Of a DNA stretch of 64,000 nt, positions 10,517-20,720 are shown one piece after another (the first letter of the stretch is position 1; each line of letters begins with the position of its first letter). The DNA comes from an uncultured Bacillota bacterium (GTDB lineage: Bacteria; Sysuimicrobiota; Sysuimicrobiia; Sysuimicrobiales; Segetimicrobiaceae): contig CAWDRG010000013.1 of the NCBI GenBank assembly GCA_963804645.1, forward strand, positions 30,314 through 94,313, in the 5' to 3' direction. The position numbers were made by a program, and so were the translations under genes. The notes below the pieces were generated by a model. It did not search any database. It saw only the letters and a program-made list of their open reading frames with translations, and was not told where the DNA came from.

Positions 10517-11923
10517 TCACCCTGTAGCGGCTCCGGAGGTCGGAAGTCTCGAGGCCTTCCATGCCGTGAGGCCCCCGACGAGGTCCGCGACGGTGCTGAC
10601 CCCGTGCTCCGCCAGCAGGCTCGCGGCGATGGCCGACCGGTAGCCGCCCTGGCAGTGGACCACGACCGGCCGATCTCGCGGCACCTCGCCGAGGCGCTCC
10701 AACAGGTGGTTCAGGGGGATGCCCAGGCTGCCTTCGATCCACTCCGCCTGGCGTTCGGCCGGGGCGCGCACGTCCACGACGACCGGCCTCATCTCCGACC
10801 GCAGCTGCTCCTCGAGCGCGGTTGCGGTGACGCGATCGATGCGCCGGACGAGCTCGGGCTGCGGGTCGACCGCGGCCATGCCGCCCTCGAGATAGCCGAC
10901 GACGTTGTCGAAGCCGATGCGGCCGAGCCGCATCGCCGATTCCAGCTCGCGCCCGGCATCCGCCACCACGACGATCGGCCGCGCGGGATCCAGCAGCGTG
11001 CCGGCCCACGTCGCGAATTGACCGGCGAGGCTGATGTTCACGCTGTCGAGCAGGTGCGCGCCCTCAAACTCCGCCGGCTCGCGTGTGTCCAGCAGCTGCG
11101 CCCCGGTGTTGCGCAGCCGCAGCACCTCGTCGAGCGTGAGCGGGCGCAGTTCTCGGCGCAGCGACTCCTCGAGCGTCGGCCGCTGCTTAGTGTTCAGGAT
11201 CGCGTCGTAGGTGAAGTACGGCGGCGCGTCGGGTTGCTCCGCGAGCACGATCGAGATGAACTCGTCCTTGGTCATGGGCTGGAGCGCGTAGTTGTAGCGC
11301 CGCTGCGCGCCGATCGTAGAGACGGTGTCCGTGCTCAGATTCTTCCCGCACAGCGATCCGGCCCCGTGGGCGGGATAGACGCACGTGTCGTCGGGGAGCC
11401 GCAGGAGCTTCTCGTGCAGCGAGTCGTACAGCAGACTGGCCAGTGCGGTGGCCGACCACCCGAGCGCCGCGCGAAGGTCCGGGCGGCCGACGTCGCCGAT
11501 AAACAGGGTATCCCCCGTCAGCACCGCGTACGGCGTCGCCGCGTTCTTCGCCAGGTCGTACACGACGATGGAGATCGACTCGGGAGAGTGCCCGGGGGTC
11601 TCCAGCACAGACAGGCGCACGTCTCCGAACTCCACCGCGTCACCGTCGCCGAGCGGCGTGAACGGATACTCGGCCGAGGCCGCCTTGCCGAGATAGATCT
11701 CCGCACCGGTCCGCTCGCGGAGCTCGAGGTGCCCCGCGACGAAGTCGGCGTGCAGATGCGTCAGGAAGACGTGGCGGATCTCGAGTCCCGCGTCCCGCGC
11801 GTCGGCCAGATACTGATCCACGTCCCGCTGCGGGTCGATGATGGCTGCGGTCCCGGTGCGCTCGTCGCCCACCAGATACGACGCGTGCGCGAGGCACTTC
11901 AGATAGTACTGGGTCAGGATCAT
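10517..11923 (-). CDS. MBL-fold metallohydrolase fused to two rhodanese domains (persulfide dioxygenase/CstB-like)
   Basis: THLHADFVAG, TPGHSPE, TGDTLFIGDVGRPDL, PAHGAGSLCG, C-terminal HCQGGYRS; GGAGGT SD. Confidence 0.92.
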   Translation of the reverse strand: MILTQYYLKCLAHASYLVGDERTGTAAIIDPQRDVDQYLADARDAGLEIRHVFLTHLHADFVAGHLELRERTGAEIYLGKAASAEYPFTPLGDGDAVEFGDVRLSVLETPGHSPESISIVVYDLAKNAATPYAVLTGDTLFIGDVGRPDLRAALGWSATALASLLYDSLHEKLLRLPDDTCVYPAHGAGSLCGKNLSTDTVSTIGAQRRYNYALQPMTKDEFISIVLAEQPDAPPYFTYDAILNTKQRPTLEESLRRELRPLTLDEVLRLRNTGAQLLDTREPAEFEGAHLLDSVNISLAGQFATWAGTLLDPARPIVVVADAGRELESAMRLGRIGFDNVVGYLEGGMAAVDPQPELVRRIDRVTATALEEQLRSEMRPVVVDVRAPAERQAEWIEGSLGIPLNHLLERLGEVPRDRPVVVHCQGGYRSAIAASLLAEHGVSTVADLVGGLTAWKASRLPTSGAATG

Positions 11924-12036
11924 GTCACACCTCCGCCCTACGATCGAGGTTCCGTCGACCGGAGACAAATTCCTTTCCCCGCGGGGCCACTCTGAGTCAC
12001 CTCGCGAACTCGCACGTACGCGGCGCGCGACCGCCG

Positions 12037-12831
12037 CTACAGCGGCGGCGTAAACCGTCCGTCGATCGCGGTCCAGCCACCGTCGACGAACAGCAGCGCG
12101 CCGGTCACGTAACTCGCGGCGTCGGACGCGAGAAACACCACCGGGCCCGCGATCTCGTCGGGCGACGCCCAGCGGTCGAGCGCGGAGTGGGCGGCGTACG
12201 CCCGGTACCACGCGGGCTGCTCCTTGATCTGGCGCGTGAGCGGCGTATCGACCACCCCGGGCGCGATCGCGTTCACGCGCACCCCGCGCGGGCCGAGTTC
12301 CGCCGCGAGCGTGCGGCACAGGAGGACGACGCCGGCCTTCGTGGCCGCGTACACGCTCTGACCCGGCTCGACCGTCTGCGCCCGGATCGACGCGAAGGCG
12401 ATGATGCTTCCGCGTCCCCGTTCGGCCATGTGCCGACCTGCCTCCCGGAGCACGTAAAACGTCCCCTTGAAGTTCACGGTGAGTACCCGGTCCAGTTCTT
12501 CGGCGCTGTACGCGAGGACGGGCTTGCGGACGTTGATCGCCGGCGTCGTGACGACCGCGTCGAGCGCGCCGTACCGGGCGAGCGCGTCCTCGAACAGCCG
12601 CCGCACGTCGTCCTCCCGGACGACGTCCACCGTCTGCGCTTCGGCCTGTCCGCCGCCATCGGCGATCATCGCCGCGGTGGCCCGGGCGGCCTCGGGCCGG
12701 AGGTCGGCCGCGACCACGACCGCGCCGTGCGCCGCGAGCGCGCGGGCGGACGCCTGCCCGATGCCGGAGCCGGCGCCGATCACGACCGCGACCTTGCCGT
12801 CGAGACGAAACAAGCGTCCGTAGTCCATCAT
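12037..12831 (-). CDS. SDR family oxidoreductase
   Basis: GAGSGIG, YAATK, RVNAIAPG, YVTGALLFVDGG. Confidence 0.92.
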   Translation of the reverse strand: MMDYGRLFRLDGKVAVVIGAGSGIGQASARALAAHGAVVVAADLRPEAARATAAMIADGGGQAEAQTVDVVREDDVRRLFEDALARYGALDAVVTTPAINVRKPVLAYSAEELDRVLTVNFKGTFYVLREAGRHMAERGRGSIIAFASIRAQTVEPGQSVYAATKAGVVLLCRTLAAELGPRGVRVNAIAPGVVDTPLTRQIKEQPAWYRAYAAHSALDRWASPDEIAGPVVFLASDAASYVTGALLFVDGGWTAIDGRFTPPL

Positions 12832-12939
12832 CGCCCCCCGCACGGCCGAGTTCCGCCCCGGCGAACAGGAGTTTCGAGGCGGGGAGGACAAATACTTCCC
12901 CGTCGTCCAACGACGCCACTCACGAGGGAGCCCCCACCG

Positions 12940-14295
12940 ATGCCGGAGACTCAGGCGACCACCGCCGACCTGATCGCTGCCTACGTCGACACACATCCCA
13001 AGTCGCGCGAGGCGTTCGAGCGTGCGAACCGGGTCCTGCCCGGGGGAATCACGCACGACAGCCGCGCGCTGACCCCGTTTCTGCCGTACATCGACCGCGC
13101 CTCGGGCGCCCGCAAATGGGACATCGACGGCCACGAGTACGTCGACTACGCGATGGGGCACGGGGCGCTGCTGCTCGGGCACGCGCACCCCGCGGTCGTC
13201 GAGGCGGTCCGCCGTCAGGTGGCCCTCGGCACCCACCTCGGCGCAAACCACCTGCTCGAGATCGAGTGGGCCGAGCGGATCTGCGCCATGGTCCCCGGCG
13301 TCGAGATGGTGCGGTTCACGAGTTCCGGAACCGAGGCGACGCTGCTGGCCCTCCGGCTGGCCCGCGCAGCGACGGGGCGGTCCAAGATCGTGAAGTTCCG
13401 GGGGCACTTCCACGGCTGGCACGACGCTGTGATGCCGGGCCAGACGCCGCCGTGGGACGAGGTCCCCGAGGGGGTACCGGCGGCGGTTGCGCGCGAAACG
13501 ATCGTCGTCCCGCAGGACGCCGCGGCGCTCGACGCGGCCCTTGCCGCCGAACCCGACGTCGCCGCGGTCATCCTGGAGCCGAGCGGCGCGTCCTCGGGCA
13601 CGCTTCCGGTCCCGCCCGGGTTCCTTAAAGACGTGCGCCGCGTGACGGCCGAGCGCGGGGTGTATCTCGTCTTCGATGAAGTCATCAGCGGATTCCGCTG
13701 GGCGCCCGGGGGGGTCCAGGAGATCTCGGGCGTCACGGCCGACCTCGTGACGATGGCGAAGATTCTCGCCGGCGGACTGCCGGGCGGCGCGGTCGGCGGG
13801 CGGCGGGACCTGCTCGAGCCGATCGGGATCCCCCGAGGCAACCGGCGCAAGATCCAGCACCCGGGCACCTACAACGCGAACCCGCTCTCCGCATCCGCGG
13901 GGATCGCCTGTCTCGACCTTATTCGGGACGGGCGGGCGCAGGCGCACGCCGCCGACACCGCGGCGGCGCTGCGGCGGGGATTGAACACGGTCCTAGCCTC
14001 GCTCGGGGTGCGCGGCGCGGTCTACGGGGAGGCGTCCTCGTTCCACGTGGCCTTCGATCGGGCGATCACGCCGGGCGACCCGGCGTCGGCCCGCGCCCTC
14101 CCCCAGGAAACGCTCAAGCAGCAGCGCGGCCTGCGTCCGGCCGGACCGCTGACGGTGGCGATGCTGACGCGCGGCGTGCACCTTTTTGGGCTCGGCGGGT
14201 TCACGAGCATCGCGCACGGCCAGGAGGACGTCGACCGCACCGTGGACGCGTTCGAGCACGCGCTCCGCGAGATCGGCAGTTGGCTGCCTGACTAG
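12940..14295 (+). CDS. Class-III PLP aminotransferase (glutamate-1-semialdehyde aminomutase-like)
   Basis: DIDGHEYVD, RFTSSGTEA, FHGWHD, FDEVISGFR, MAKILAGGLP, GTYNANP. Confidence 0.9.
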   Translation: MPETQATTADLIAAYVDTHPKSREAFERANRVLPGGITHDSRALTPFLPYIDRASGARKWDIDGHEYVDYAMGHGALLLGHAHPAVVEAVRRQVALGTHLGANHLLEIEWAERICAMVPGVEMVRFTSSGTEATLLALRLARAATGRSKIVKFRGHFHGWHDAVMPGQTPPWDEVPEGVPAAVARETIVVPQDAAALDAALAAEPDVAAVILEPSGASSGTLPVPPGFLKDVRRVTAERGVYLVFDEVISGFRWAPGGVQEISGVTADLVTMAKILAGGLPGGAVGGRRDLLEPIGIPRGNRRKIQHPGTYNANPLSASAGIACLDLIRDGRAQAHAADTAAALRRGLNTVLASLGVRGAVYGEASSFHVAFDRAITPGDPASARALPQETLKQQRGLRPAGPLTVAMLTRGVHLFGLGGFTSIAHGQEDVDRTVDAFEHALREIGSWLPD

Positions 14296-14449
14296 CCGCG
14301 CACCGACCGAAACGGGCTGGTCACGTGCGCACACCCCGCCGCGCGTCGGCGCGGCCGACAGCGGGGGGTCTCCTTCCCCGTTTGTGCCGCACACCCGCCT
14401 GCCCGCGCGGCCCGGTCGCGGCGACTCTGTCGGCTCCCCGTCGTCATGA

Positions 14450-14800
14450 GGATGTGCGCGAGCCGACGCGAACGTGGCGTTTCATCTCGCGGAGCGGCTC
14501 AAGCGGATTGTGCTGTGCGAGCGCCGCTACGTGGCTGCGGGCGCGACAGGAAAATCCGGCGCCCTCGTGCGCATACACTACACGAACGAGCCGGAGGCCC
14601 GCCTCGCGCTCGCTAGCTTCCCGTATTTCCAGCACTGAAGCGACCTCGTCGGGCATGGGAGCCCCCGCTTCGTGCCCACCGGCATGCTCGCGCTCGTGGC
14701 ACCCGAGCACGAAGATCGGCTGCACGCGAACGTAGCGATCCTGCAGCGGCTCCGCGCCCGCACGACGGTGATCACCCGCGATATGCTGGTCGTCGTGGGC
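14450..14800 (+). pseudogene. Decayed fragment of an FAD-dependent (D-amino-acid/sarcosine-oxidase-like) oxidoreductase
   Basis: One frame reads ...ANVAFHLAERLKRIVLCERRYVAAGATGKSGALVRIHYTNEPEARLALASFPYFQH*SDLVGHGSPRFVPTGMLALV...; in-frame TGA at 14636-14638; no start codon, no intact GxGxxG, truncated C-terminus. Confidence 0.75.
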
Positions 14801-14970
14801 ACTGTGTCAACCCCTTTTGAGAGTGATCGCGGTGCGTGCTGTGGGCATCCCGCCGGCGAACCGGCACGATGCAGTCCCGGGGGGCACGCCGCCCTGGTAG
14901 CGCAGATCCCCGCCTGCCCCACGCCGCCTCTACACGGCCACCGCTGCCGGCCCGGCCGGACGGGTCGACG

Positions 14971-15963
14971 CTAGGCGCCCAAGTACTTCCCGAACCAGGC
15001 GAGCGTCTTCGGCCACGCGTCCGCGGCCGCCGCCGCGTTGTAGGCCGGCCCGGTGTCGTTGAAAAACGCGTGGTTAGCGTTCGGCTCGATCACGATTTCG
15101 TGAACGACGCCCGCGCGCTCGAGCGCAGCCTGCATCGCCGGGATGCCGGCGTCGACCCGCTGATCGAGTCCGCCGTAAAACGCCAGGACGGCCGCGCGGA
15201 TCCTCGCCACGCCGTCCAGCGACGGGGGATTCGGACCGTAAAACGGCACCACCGCCTTGAGGTCGGCGTTCTGCATCGCCAGCTGCCACGTGAGCCCGCC
15301 GCCGAAGCAGAACCCCATCGCCCCCAACGCGCCGTGCCGCACCGACGCGAGCGTGCCGAGATACTTCACGCCGTCGTTCAGCATCCCCACGAGTTGGTCC
15401 GCCGGCGCCTGCCCGAGGAACGTCGACACCTGCGCGAGATCCGGGTACTTCGCGGTGCCGCCAATCGGCGAGGCGAGATCGGGCGCCAGCGCGACGTAAC
15501 CGGCCTTCGCGAGCCGCCGGGCCACGTCCATGTGGTGGTCCAGCAGGCCGCGGTTCTCGTGGGTCACGACGACCCCCGGTGCGATGGGCTTTCCCACCGG
15601 CTGCGCGAGGTACGAGATCACGGACGTGGTCGGCGTCGGATAGATGTTCGCCGCGGTCGACGGGTAGGTGATCATCTGCGCGTGCACCGCGGGATCGTTC
15701 GGGGCCACCGTGGGCGCCGCGGCGGCCAACCGCGCCGGCGCCTGGGCCACGACCGCGGCGGCGACCTCGTCCGGGGTCGCTTCGACGCCGAGCACCGCCA
15801 GCAGTCCGCCGGCGAACACCGCGCCGCCGGAGAAGACACCGATGCGCCGCAGAAACTCCCGCCGGCCGAGGCGTCCGTCCCGATACTCCTCCACCCACTC
15901 CTCGACGACATACCGGCCCAGATGCGTCAGCGCCAGCGGTTTCGGGTTCGACGTCGCGTCCAC
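14971..15963 (-). CDS. Dienelactone hydrolase family protein (YghX-like, with RREFL N-terminus)
   Basis: HENRGL, GFCFGGG nucleophile, NHAFFND; GGGAGG SD before GTG at 15963. Confidence 0.9.
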   Translation of the reverse strand: MDATSNPKPLALTHLGRYVVEEWVEEYRDGRLGRREFLRRIGVFSGGAVFAGGLLAVLGVEATPDEVAAAVVAQAPARLAAAAPTVAPNDPAVHAQMITYPSTAANIYPTPTTSVISYLAQPVGKPIAPGVVVTHENRGLLDHHMDVARRLAKAGYVALAPDLASPIGGTAKYPDLAQVSTFLGQAPADQLVGMLNDGVKYLGTLASVRHGALGAMGFCFGGGLTWQLAMQNADLKAVVPFYGPNPPSLDGVARIRAAVLAFYGGLDQRVDAGIPAMQAALERAGVVHEIVIEPNANHAFFNDTGPAYNAAAAADAWPKTLAWFGKYLGA

Positions 15964-16168
15964 GAGCGCCCACCTCCCATGTCGGGGATGTCGCTGTCTT
16001 CGGCTCCCGCGCGAGCCCGCCCTCCAGCGGGTGCGCCCGCCGTCGATTCTCGACAAGACCGTTACGCAAGTCGCGAGCCGCTCCCGCGCGACCGCCATAC
16101 TGGCAGGCCGCCACCCGCACCACGCCGAACGACACCGCAGGGTCCAATGCTCCACCGGGAGGTCGTCC

Positions 16169-17179
16169 GTGCACCGGGTCCTAGCCGTGTTCAGCGTCAC
16201 CGTCTTCGCCCTGTCCGCCGCCGCGGGCGGCGCGATCGCCCAGAATCCGCAGCTCGTCCGCGTGGCCACGCTGAAGCTGGTGGGCGGCGCCCCCATCTTC
16301 TGGGGCATCCACCAAGGGTACTTCACCAAGGTAGGCCTGAACGTCCAGCCCGTGTACTTCGAGGCGGCCGCCCCCGTCGCCACCGCGGTCGCGACCGGCG
16401 ACACCGAGGTCGGCGCGACCGGGATCACCGGCACCCTCTTCAACTTGTCCGCGGGCGGCGCCAAGATCTGGCTCGTCGCCGACCGCGGCCAGGAGTACGC
16501 CGGCTACCACCTGAACGCGATGGTCGTCACGAAGACCGAGTACGCCGCGGGCGTGCACTCGCTGAGCGACCTCAAGGGCAAGCGCATCGGGATCACCACG
16601 CTCGGCTCGAGCTTTCACTACCAGCTCGGCGCGCTGCTCGAGCGCGACCACCTCACCCTCAACGACGTCCAGGTCGTCCCGCTGCGCGACTTCAACCTGG
16701 TCGTCGAGGCGCTCCGCACCGGGCAGATCGACGGCGCGATCCTGTCGCCCCCGTTTGGCGCGGCCTCGGAGCAGGACGGCTGGGGCAAGGTCCTGTTCTG
16801 GGTCGGCGACGAGCTCCGGAACCAAGTGACCGGCGTCTTCTACGGCGCGAAGATGCACGACAACCGGGACCTCGGCGACCGCTTCATGGTCGGGTACATC
16901 CGCGCGACCCGCGACTACTACGACGCGTGTCTCGTCAAGCCGGCCCGCGGCTCCTGCGACGCGATCGTCGCGGTCACCGCGGAGGTCCTGCAGCAGACGC
17001 CCGCCGCGGTGCGCGACTCGCTGCCGTACATCGACCGCAACGGCCGCCTCTACACGCTGGATCTGCAGCGGCAGGAGACCTGGTATCTCGCGAACGGGAT
17101 GAGCTCGAAGTCGGTGCCGCTCGAGCAGTTCATCGATCAGAGCTTCATCACGGACGCCGTGCACACCCTCGGTCCCTAG
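16169..17179 (+). CDS. SsuA/NMT1-type ABC transporter substrate-binding protein
   Basis: Signal peptide, GYFTKVGLNV, SLSDLKGKRIG, ALRTGQIDGA; GGGAGG SD. Confidence 0.88.
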   Translation: MHRVLAVFSVTVFALSAAAGGAIAQNPQLVRVATLKLVGGAPIFWGIHQGYFTKVGLNVQPVYFEAAAPVATAVATGDTEVGATGITGTLFNLSAGGAKIWLVADRGQEYAGYHLNAMVVTKTEYAAGVHSLSDLKGKRIGITTLGSSFHYQLGALLERDHLTLNDVQVVPLRDFNLVVEALRTGQIDGAILSPPFGAASEQDGWGKVLFWVGDELRNQVTGVFYGAKMHDNRDLGDRFMVGYIRATRDYYDACLVKPARGSCDAIVAVTAEVLQQTPAAVRDSLPYIDRNGRLYTLDLQRQETWYLANGMSSKSVPLEQFIDQSFITDAVHTLGP

Positions 17180-17956
17180 GTGCAGATCCGCTTCGAGGAC
17201 GTCCACAAGAGTTACCGCCGGACCGACGGCACCACGATCGAAGCGCTCTCGGGCATCGACCTGGTCATCGGCGAAGGCGAGTTCGTCGCGTTCGTCGGCC
17301 CGAGCGGATGCGGCAAATCCACCCTGCTGCTGCTCACCGCCGGCCTCGTGCCGCCGTCCGCCGGGCGCGTGGTGTTCGAAGGACCGGCCTCCGGGCAGCC
17401 GCTCACCGGGTTCGTGTTCCAGGAGTTCGCCCTATTTCACTGGCGGACGATCCTCGAGAACGTGGCGTTCGGGCTCGAGGTCCGGGGCGTGCCTCCGGCG
17501 TCGCGCGACGATCGCGCGCGCGAACTCATCCGCCTGGTCGGCCTCGACGGGTTCGAGGGACGCTATCCCGCGGAGCTCTCCGGCGGCATGCGGCAGCGCG
17601 TCGGAATCGCGCGGGCGCTGTGCGTCGATCCCGCGGTGCTGCTGATGGACGAACCGCTGTCGGCGCTCGACGCGCAGACGCGCCAATTGATGCAGGAAGA
17701 GATCCTCGGGATCTGGGAACGCACGCGGAAGACCGTGCTCTACGTCACCCACAACATCCAGGAAGCCGCGTTCCTGGCCGACCGGATCGTCGTCCTGTCG
17801 CGCCGGCCCGGCCGCGTCCGCGCGGTGCTGCCGGTGCCGTTCGGGCGTCCGCGCGGCGAGGATCTGTTCGCCGATCCCGGATTCGGCCGGTTTGGCCAGG
17901 ATGTGTGGCGCATGATCCGCGATGAGGCCCGCACCGCGATGCGCGAGGAGGCCTAA
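17180..17956 (+). CDS. Nitrate/sulfonate/taurine-type ABC transporter ATP-binding protein
   Basis: GPSGCGKST, LSGGMRQR, LLMDEP, VTHNIQEA. Confidence 0.93.
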   Translation: MQIRFEDVHKSYRRTDGTTIEALSGIDLVIGEGEFVAFVGPSGCGKSTLLLLTAGLVPPSAGRVVFEGPASGQPLTGFVFQEFALFHWRTILENVAFGLEVRGVPPASRDDRARELIRLVGLDGFEGRYPAELSGGMRQRVGIARALCVDPAVLLMDEPLSALDAQTRQLMQEEILGIWERTRKTVLYVTHNIQEAAFLADRIVVLSRRPGRVRAVLPVPFGRPRGEDLFADPGFGRFGQDVWRMIRDEARTAMREEA

Positions 17957-17957
17957 C

Positions 17958-18774
17958 ATGTCCACAGAACGCCGCGCGGGAGGTCATCGTCCTCGGCGCG
18001 CGCCCCGTGCCGCCCCTCGGAGGACGGCCCCTGCCGCTCGTCCGGATCGGATCGATCCTCGCCGTCCTCGCCGTGTGGGAGCTGGTGACGCACAGCGGCC
18101 GGGTCCCCACGGTGTTCCTGCCGACGCCGATGACCGTGGCGCGCGAGCTCGTCCGCATGGTGGCGACGGGAGAGCTCTGGCGCAGCCTCGCCCCGAGCCT
18201 CGCCCGGATCGTCTCGGGATTCGCGATCGGCGGCGCATCCGGGTTCGTGGTCGGCGTGCTCGCCGGGGTGTCCTCCTGGGCGGAGGCGATCGCGGATCCG
18301 CTGATCTCGGCGACCTATCCGGTGCCGAAGATCGCGCTCCTCCCGCTCTTGATCCTGTGGCTCGGGATCGGCGAGCCGTCGAAGATCGCGGTGATCGCGA
18401 TCGGGTCCTTCTTTCCGGTCGCGATCGGCACGATGTCCGCCGTGCGGGAGGTCGACCCGCTGCTCATTCGCGCGGCGCGCAGCCTGGGCGCGACCCGCGC
18501 GCAGATCGTCCTGAAGGTCCGCATCCCCGCGTCCCTGCCGGCGATCTTCGCCAGCCTGCGCCTGGCCGCGGGGATGGCGCTGCTGCTCGTCGTCTCGGCC
18601 GAGATGATCGCCGCCACGGCCGGCATCGGCTACCTAATTCTCTACGCCGGCGACCTGCTGCAGACGGCGCGGCTGCTCGCGGGCATCATCGTCCTGTCGA
18701 TCCTCGGCGTACTGTCGACCGGGGTGCTGCAGGCGGTCGAACGCCGGCTGCTGCGGGGACGCTCCCAGGGCTAG
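17958..18774 (+). CDS. SsuC/TauC-type ABC transporter permease; probable 1-nt frameshift at 17978-17980 near the start
   Basis: PKIALLPLLILWLGIGE, AARSLGA, VSAEMI. GAGGAGG SD precedes ATG 17958, which joins ORF 18007-18774 if one G of GGG is removed (MSTERRAEVIVLGARPVPP...). Confidence 0.85.
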
Positions 18775-19571
18775 GTCCGCCCCGGCGCGTCAAACCAGCG
18801 GAGGCGCGTCCAGCGCAGGTAGCGGTCGGAGAGCAGTTCCAGCGATTTCCTCGCGGTCAGGAACTCCTCGGCCAGCGTCTCGAGCACGCGGCCGTCGGCA
18901 CCCGCCTCGGGCTGCGCGGCCGCGAGGCGATAGAACCGCCGGCCGTGCTCCTCGTACGTCTCGAGCGTCGGCGGCAGCACCCGCGGGCGCAGCGCCGAAC
19001 CGCCGCGCGCCCGGGCCCATCGCAGCGAATCCGGGAACACCCCGCTCTGAAACAGCGCGATGTCCGCGATCCGCCGGGACAGCCACGGCATCTCGTCGCG
19101 GTCTGCCATCCCGGCAAGCACGAGCATGTCTTCGAGGTCCGACGTGTTGAAGCGGCGCCGCACGTAGCCGTCGCGGTGCTTGACGTAGACGGTGACGAAC
19201 TCGTTCCGGACGAACGACGTCAGCAGGTGGACGAGATAGCTCCACATCGCGGGTTCGGCGATGAACCGCCGCACCCGGGGCGCGTCGAACACGGCCACGG
19301 TCTCCGCCGCCGACCGCTCGAGCGTGTACGGGCGGTCCCGGAGATCGCGCACGACGCGCCGCAGCAGCACGGTGAACATGAACCGCGGCGACACGCGCAG
19401 CAGCGCGTGCTCGTCACCGAGCAGCCGCTCGACCAGGCGGTCGTCCTCCAACAGCACCTCGAGGAGATCTTCGCGGGCCCGCAGCCTTCGCGGGGCGTCG
19501 TCCGGATCGCGCAGGTCGCCTTCCACCGTCTCGGCCACAAACCGCAGATCGTCGTCCGTCAGCTGCAGCAT
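18771..19571 (-). CDS. Hypothetical protein
   Basis: Protein-like composition with helical motifs RRIADIALFQSGVFPD and YEEHGRRFYRLAA; no function recognised. Confidence 0.75.
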   Translation of the reverse strand: MLQLTDDDLRFVAETVEGDLRDPDDAPRRLRAREDLLEVLLEDDRLVERLLGDEHALLRVSPRFMFTVLLRRVVRDLRDRPYTLERSAAETVAVFDAPRVRRFIAEPAMWSYLVHLLTSFVRNEFVTVYVKHRDGYVRRRFNTSDLEDMLVLAGMADRDEMPWLSRRIADIALFQSGVFPDSLRWARARGGSALRPRVLPPTLETYEEHGRRFYRLAAAQPEAGADGRVLETLAEEFLTARKSLELLSDRYLRWTRLRWFDAPGRT

Positions 19572-19717
19572 CGTCGGCACCCCCCGTGTACGCGCGGCGT
19601 CCGCTGGTCTGCCGCCTACTGTTCGACCTGTCTCTACAATTCCCCGTTCCGGCGGATTAGTGACCTTCGCGGCCGCCGGACAAGGGGGGGTCTCGCCTGG
19701 CGGCGTATCTTCACGTC

Positions 19718-20458
19718 ATGAGGACTCCATTGACGGGCAAAGTGGCTCTCGTAACGGGCGGGGGCACGGGCATCGGCCGGGCCTGCTCGCTCGCGCTCGC
19801 CGGCGCCGGCGCCGCGGTGGCCGTGAACTACAGCCGCTCGCGCGAGGACGCCGAGCGGACCGCCGACCAGATTCGGACGCAGGGCGGCAAGGCGATCGCG
19901 GTCCAGGCCGACGTCTCGAAGGCGGCGGAGGACGACGCCATGGTGGCCCGCGTCGTCCGCGAGTGGGGACGGCTGGATGTGCTCGTCAACAACGCCGCGA
20001 CGACGAAGTTCGTGGACCACAAGAACCTCGACGGGCTCAGCGAGGAGGACTGGGATCGGCTGTTCGCGGTGAACGTCAAAGGGGTGTTCTTCGTCACCCG
20101 CGCCGCGGCCCGCGCGATGACGGACGGCCGCGTGATCAACATCGGATCGGTCGCCGGCCTGAACGGCACCGGGAGCTCGATCGCGTACGCGGCGACCAAA
20201 GCCGCGGTCCACGTGATGACCAAGTCGCTCGCGCGCGCGCTCGCGCCCCGGATCACGGTCAACACGGTCGCCCCCGGCCTGATCGAGACCCGGTGGCACG
20301 CGGGCCACGAGGCCGCCAACGCGGCCCGCGCGCAGGCGATGCTGGTGAAGCGGATCGGCCAGCCCGAGGACATCGCGCACATGGTGCTCAGCCTCGCGAC
20401 CGCGGACAACTTTCTCACCGGGCAGGTCATCTTCATTGATGGAGGCGCCACGCTGTAG
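19718..20458 (+). CDS. SDR family oxidoreductase
   Basis: TGGGTGIG, LVNNA, YAATK, FLTGQVIFIDGG. Confidence 0.92.
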   Translation: MRTPLTGKVALVTGGGTGIGRACSLALAGAGAAVAVNYSRSREDAERTADQIRTQGGKAIAVQADVSKAAEDDAMVARVVREWGRLDVLVNNAATTKFVDHKNLDGLSEEDWDRLFAVNVKGVFFVTRAAARAMTDGRVINIGSVAGLNGTGSSIAYAATKAAVHVMTKSLARALAPRITVNTVAPGLIETRWHAGHEAANAARAQAMLVKRIGQPEDIAHMVLSLATADNFLTGQVIFIDGGATL

Positions 20459-20620
20459 CGGCGCGGGCGCCGGGTGTCCGACACCCCAACGGTTCGGCGA
20501 CAGCCCTAAAGAATAGGCAATTTCTCGCACCACAGCCCTTTCGGCGAGCCGTTTGTCGCAGGGGTCCTGTGGGTTTTTGACCGAACGCGGGTCGGCCCCC
20601 CATAATTTTTTCTTCGCAGC

Positions 20621-20646
20621 AGGATTTTGGGGGGAGATAACTGAAT
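20621..20646 (+). promoter_or_regulatory. SigH-like promoter in the IS left end (also at 22712-22737 in copy 2)
   Basis: AGGATTT-N12-ACTGAAT (copy 2: AGGAATT-N12-ACTGAAT), conserved between copies whose surrounding left-end sequence has diverged; fits Bacillus SigH consensus RnAGGAwWW-N11/12-RnnGAAT. Confidence 0.6.
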
Positions 20647-20720
20647 AGTACTAAGGCATTTCAGTCACCAAAGCCTGGCGCCCAGCGGATGACCCGAGAC
20701 GGGTGTCGAAGGGAAGGCCG

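Noticed and set aside
12940..14295. Calling the aminotransferase hemL
   Set aside because: It has class-III motifs but diverges from typical HemL signatures and has no tetrapyrrole gene context.
14636..14638. In-frame TGA as selenocysteine or Trp recoding
   Set aside because: The fragment has no start, is truncated and has a damaged FAD motif. TGA is used as a normal stop throughout the window.
20472..20486. Palindrome GGGTGTC-C-GACACCC just left of the insertion hotspot
   Set aside because: Short, with no U-tract. It could be a weak SDR terminator or a binding site but cannot be supported further.
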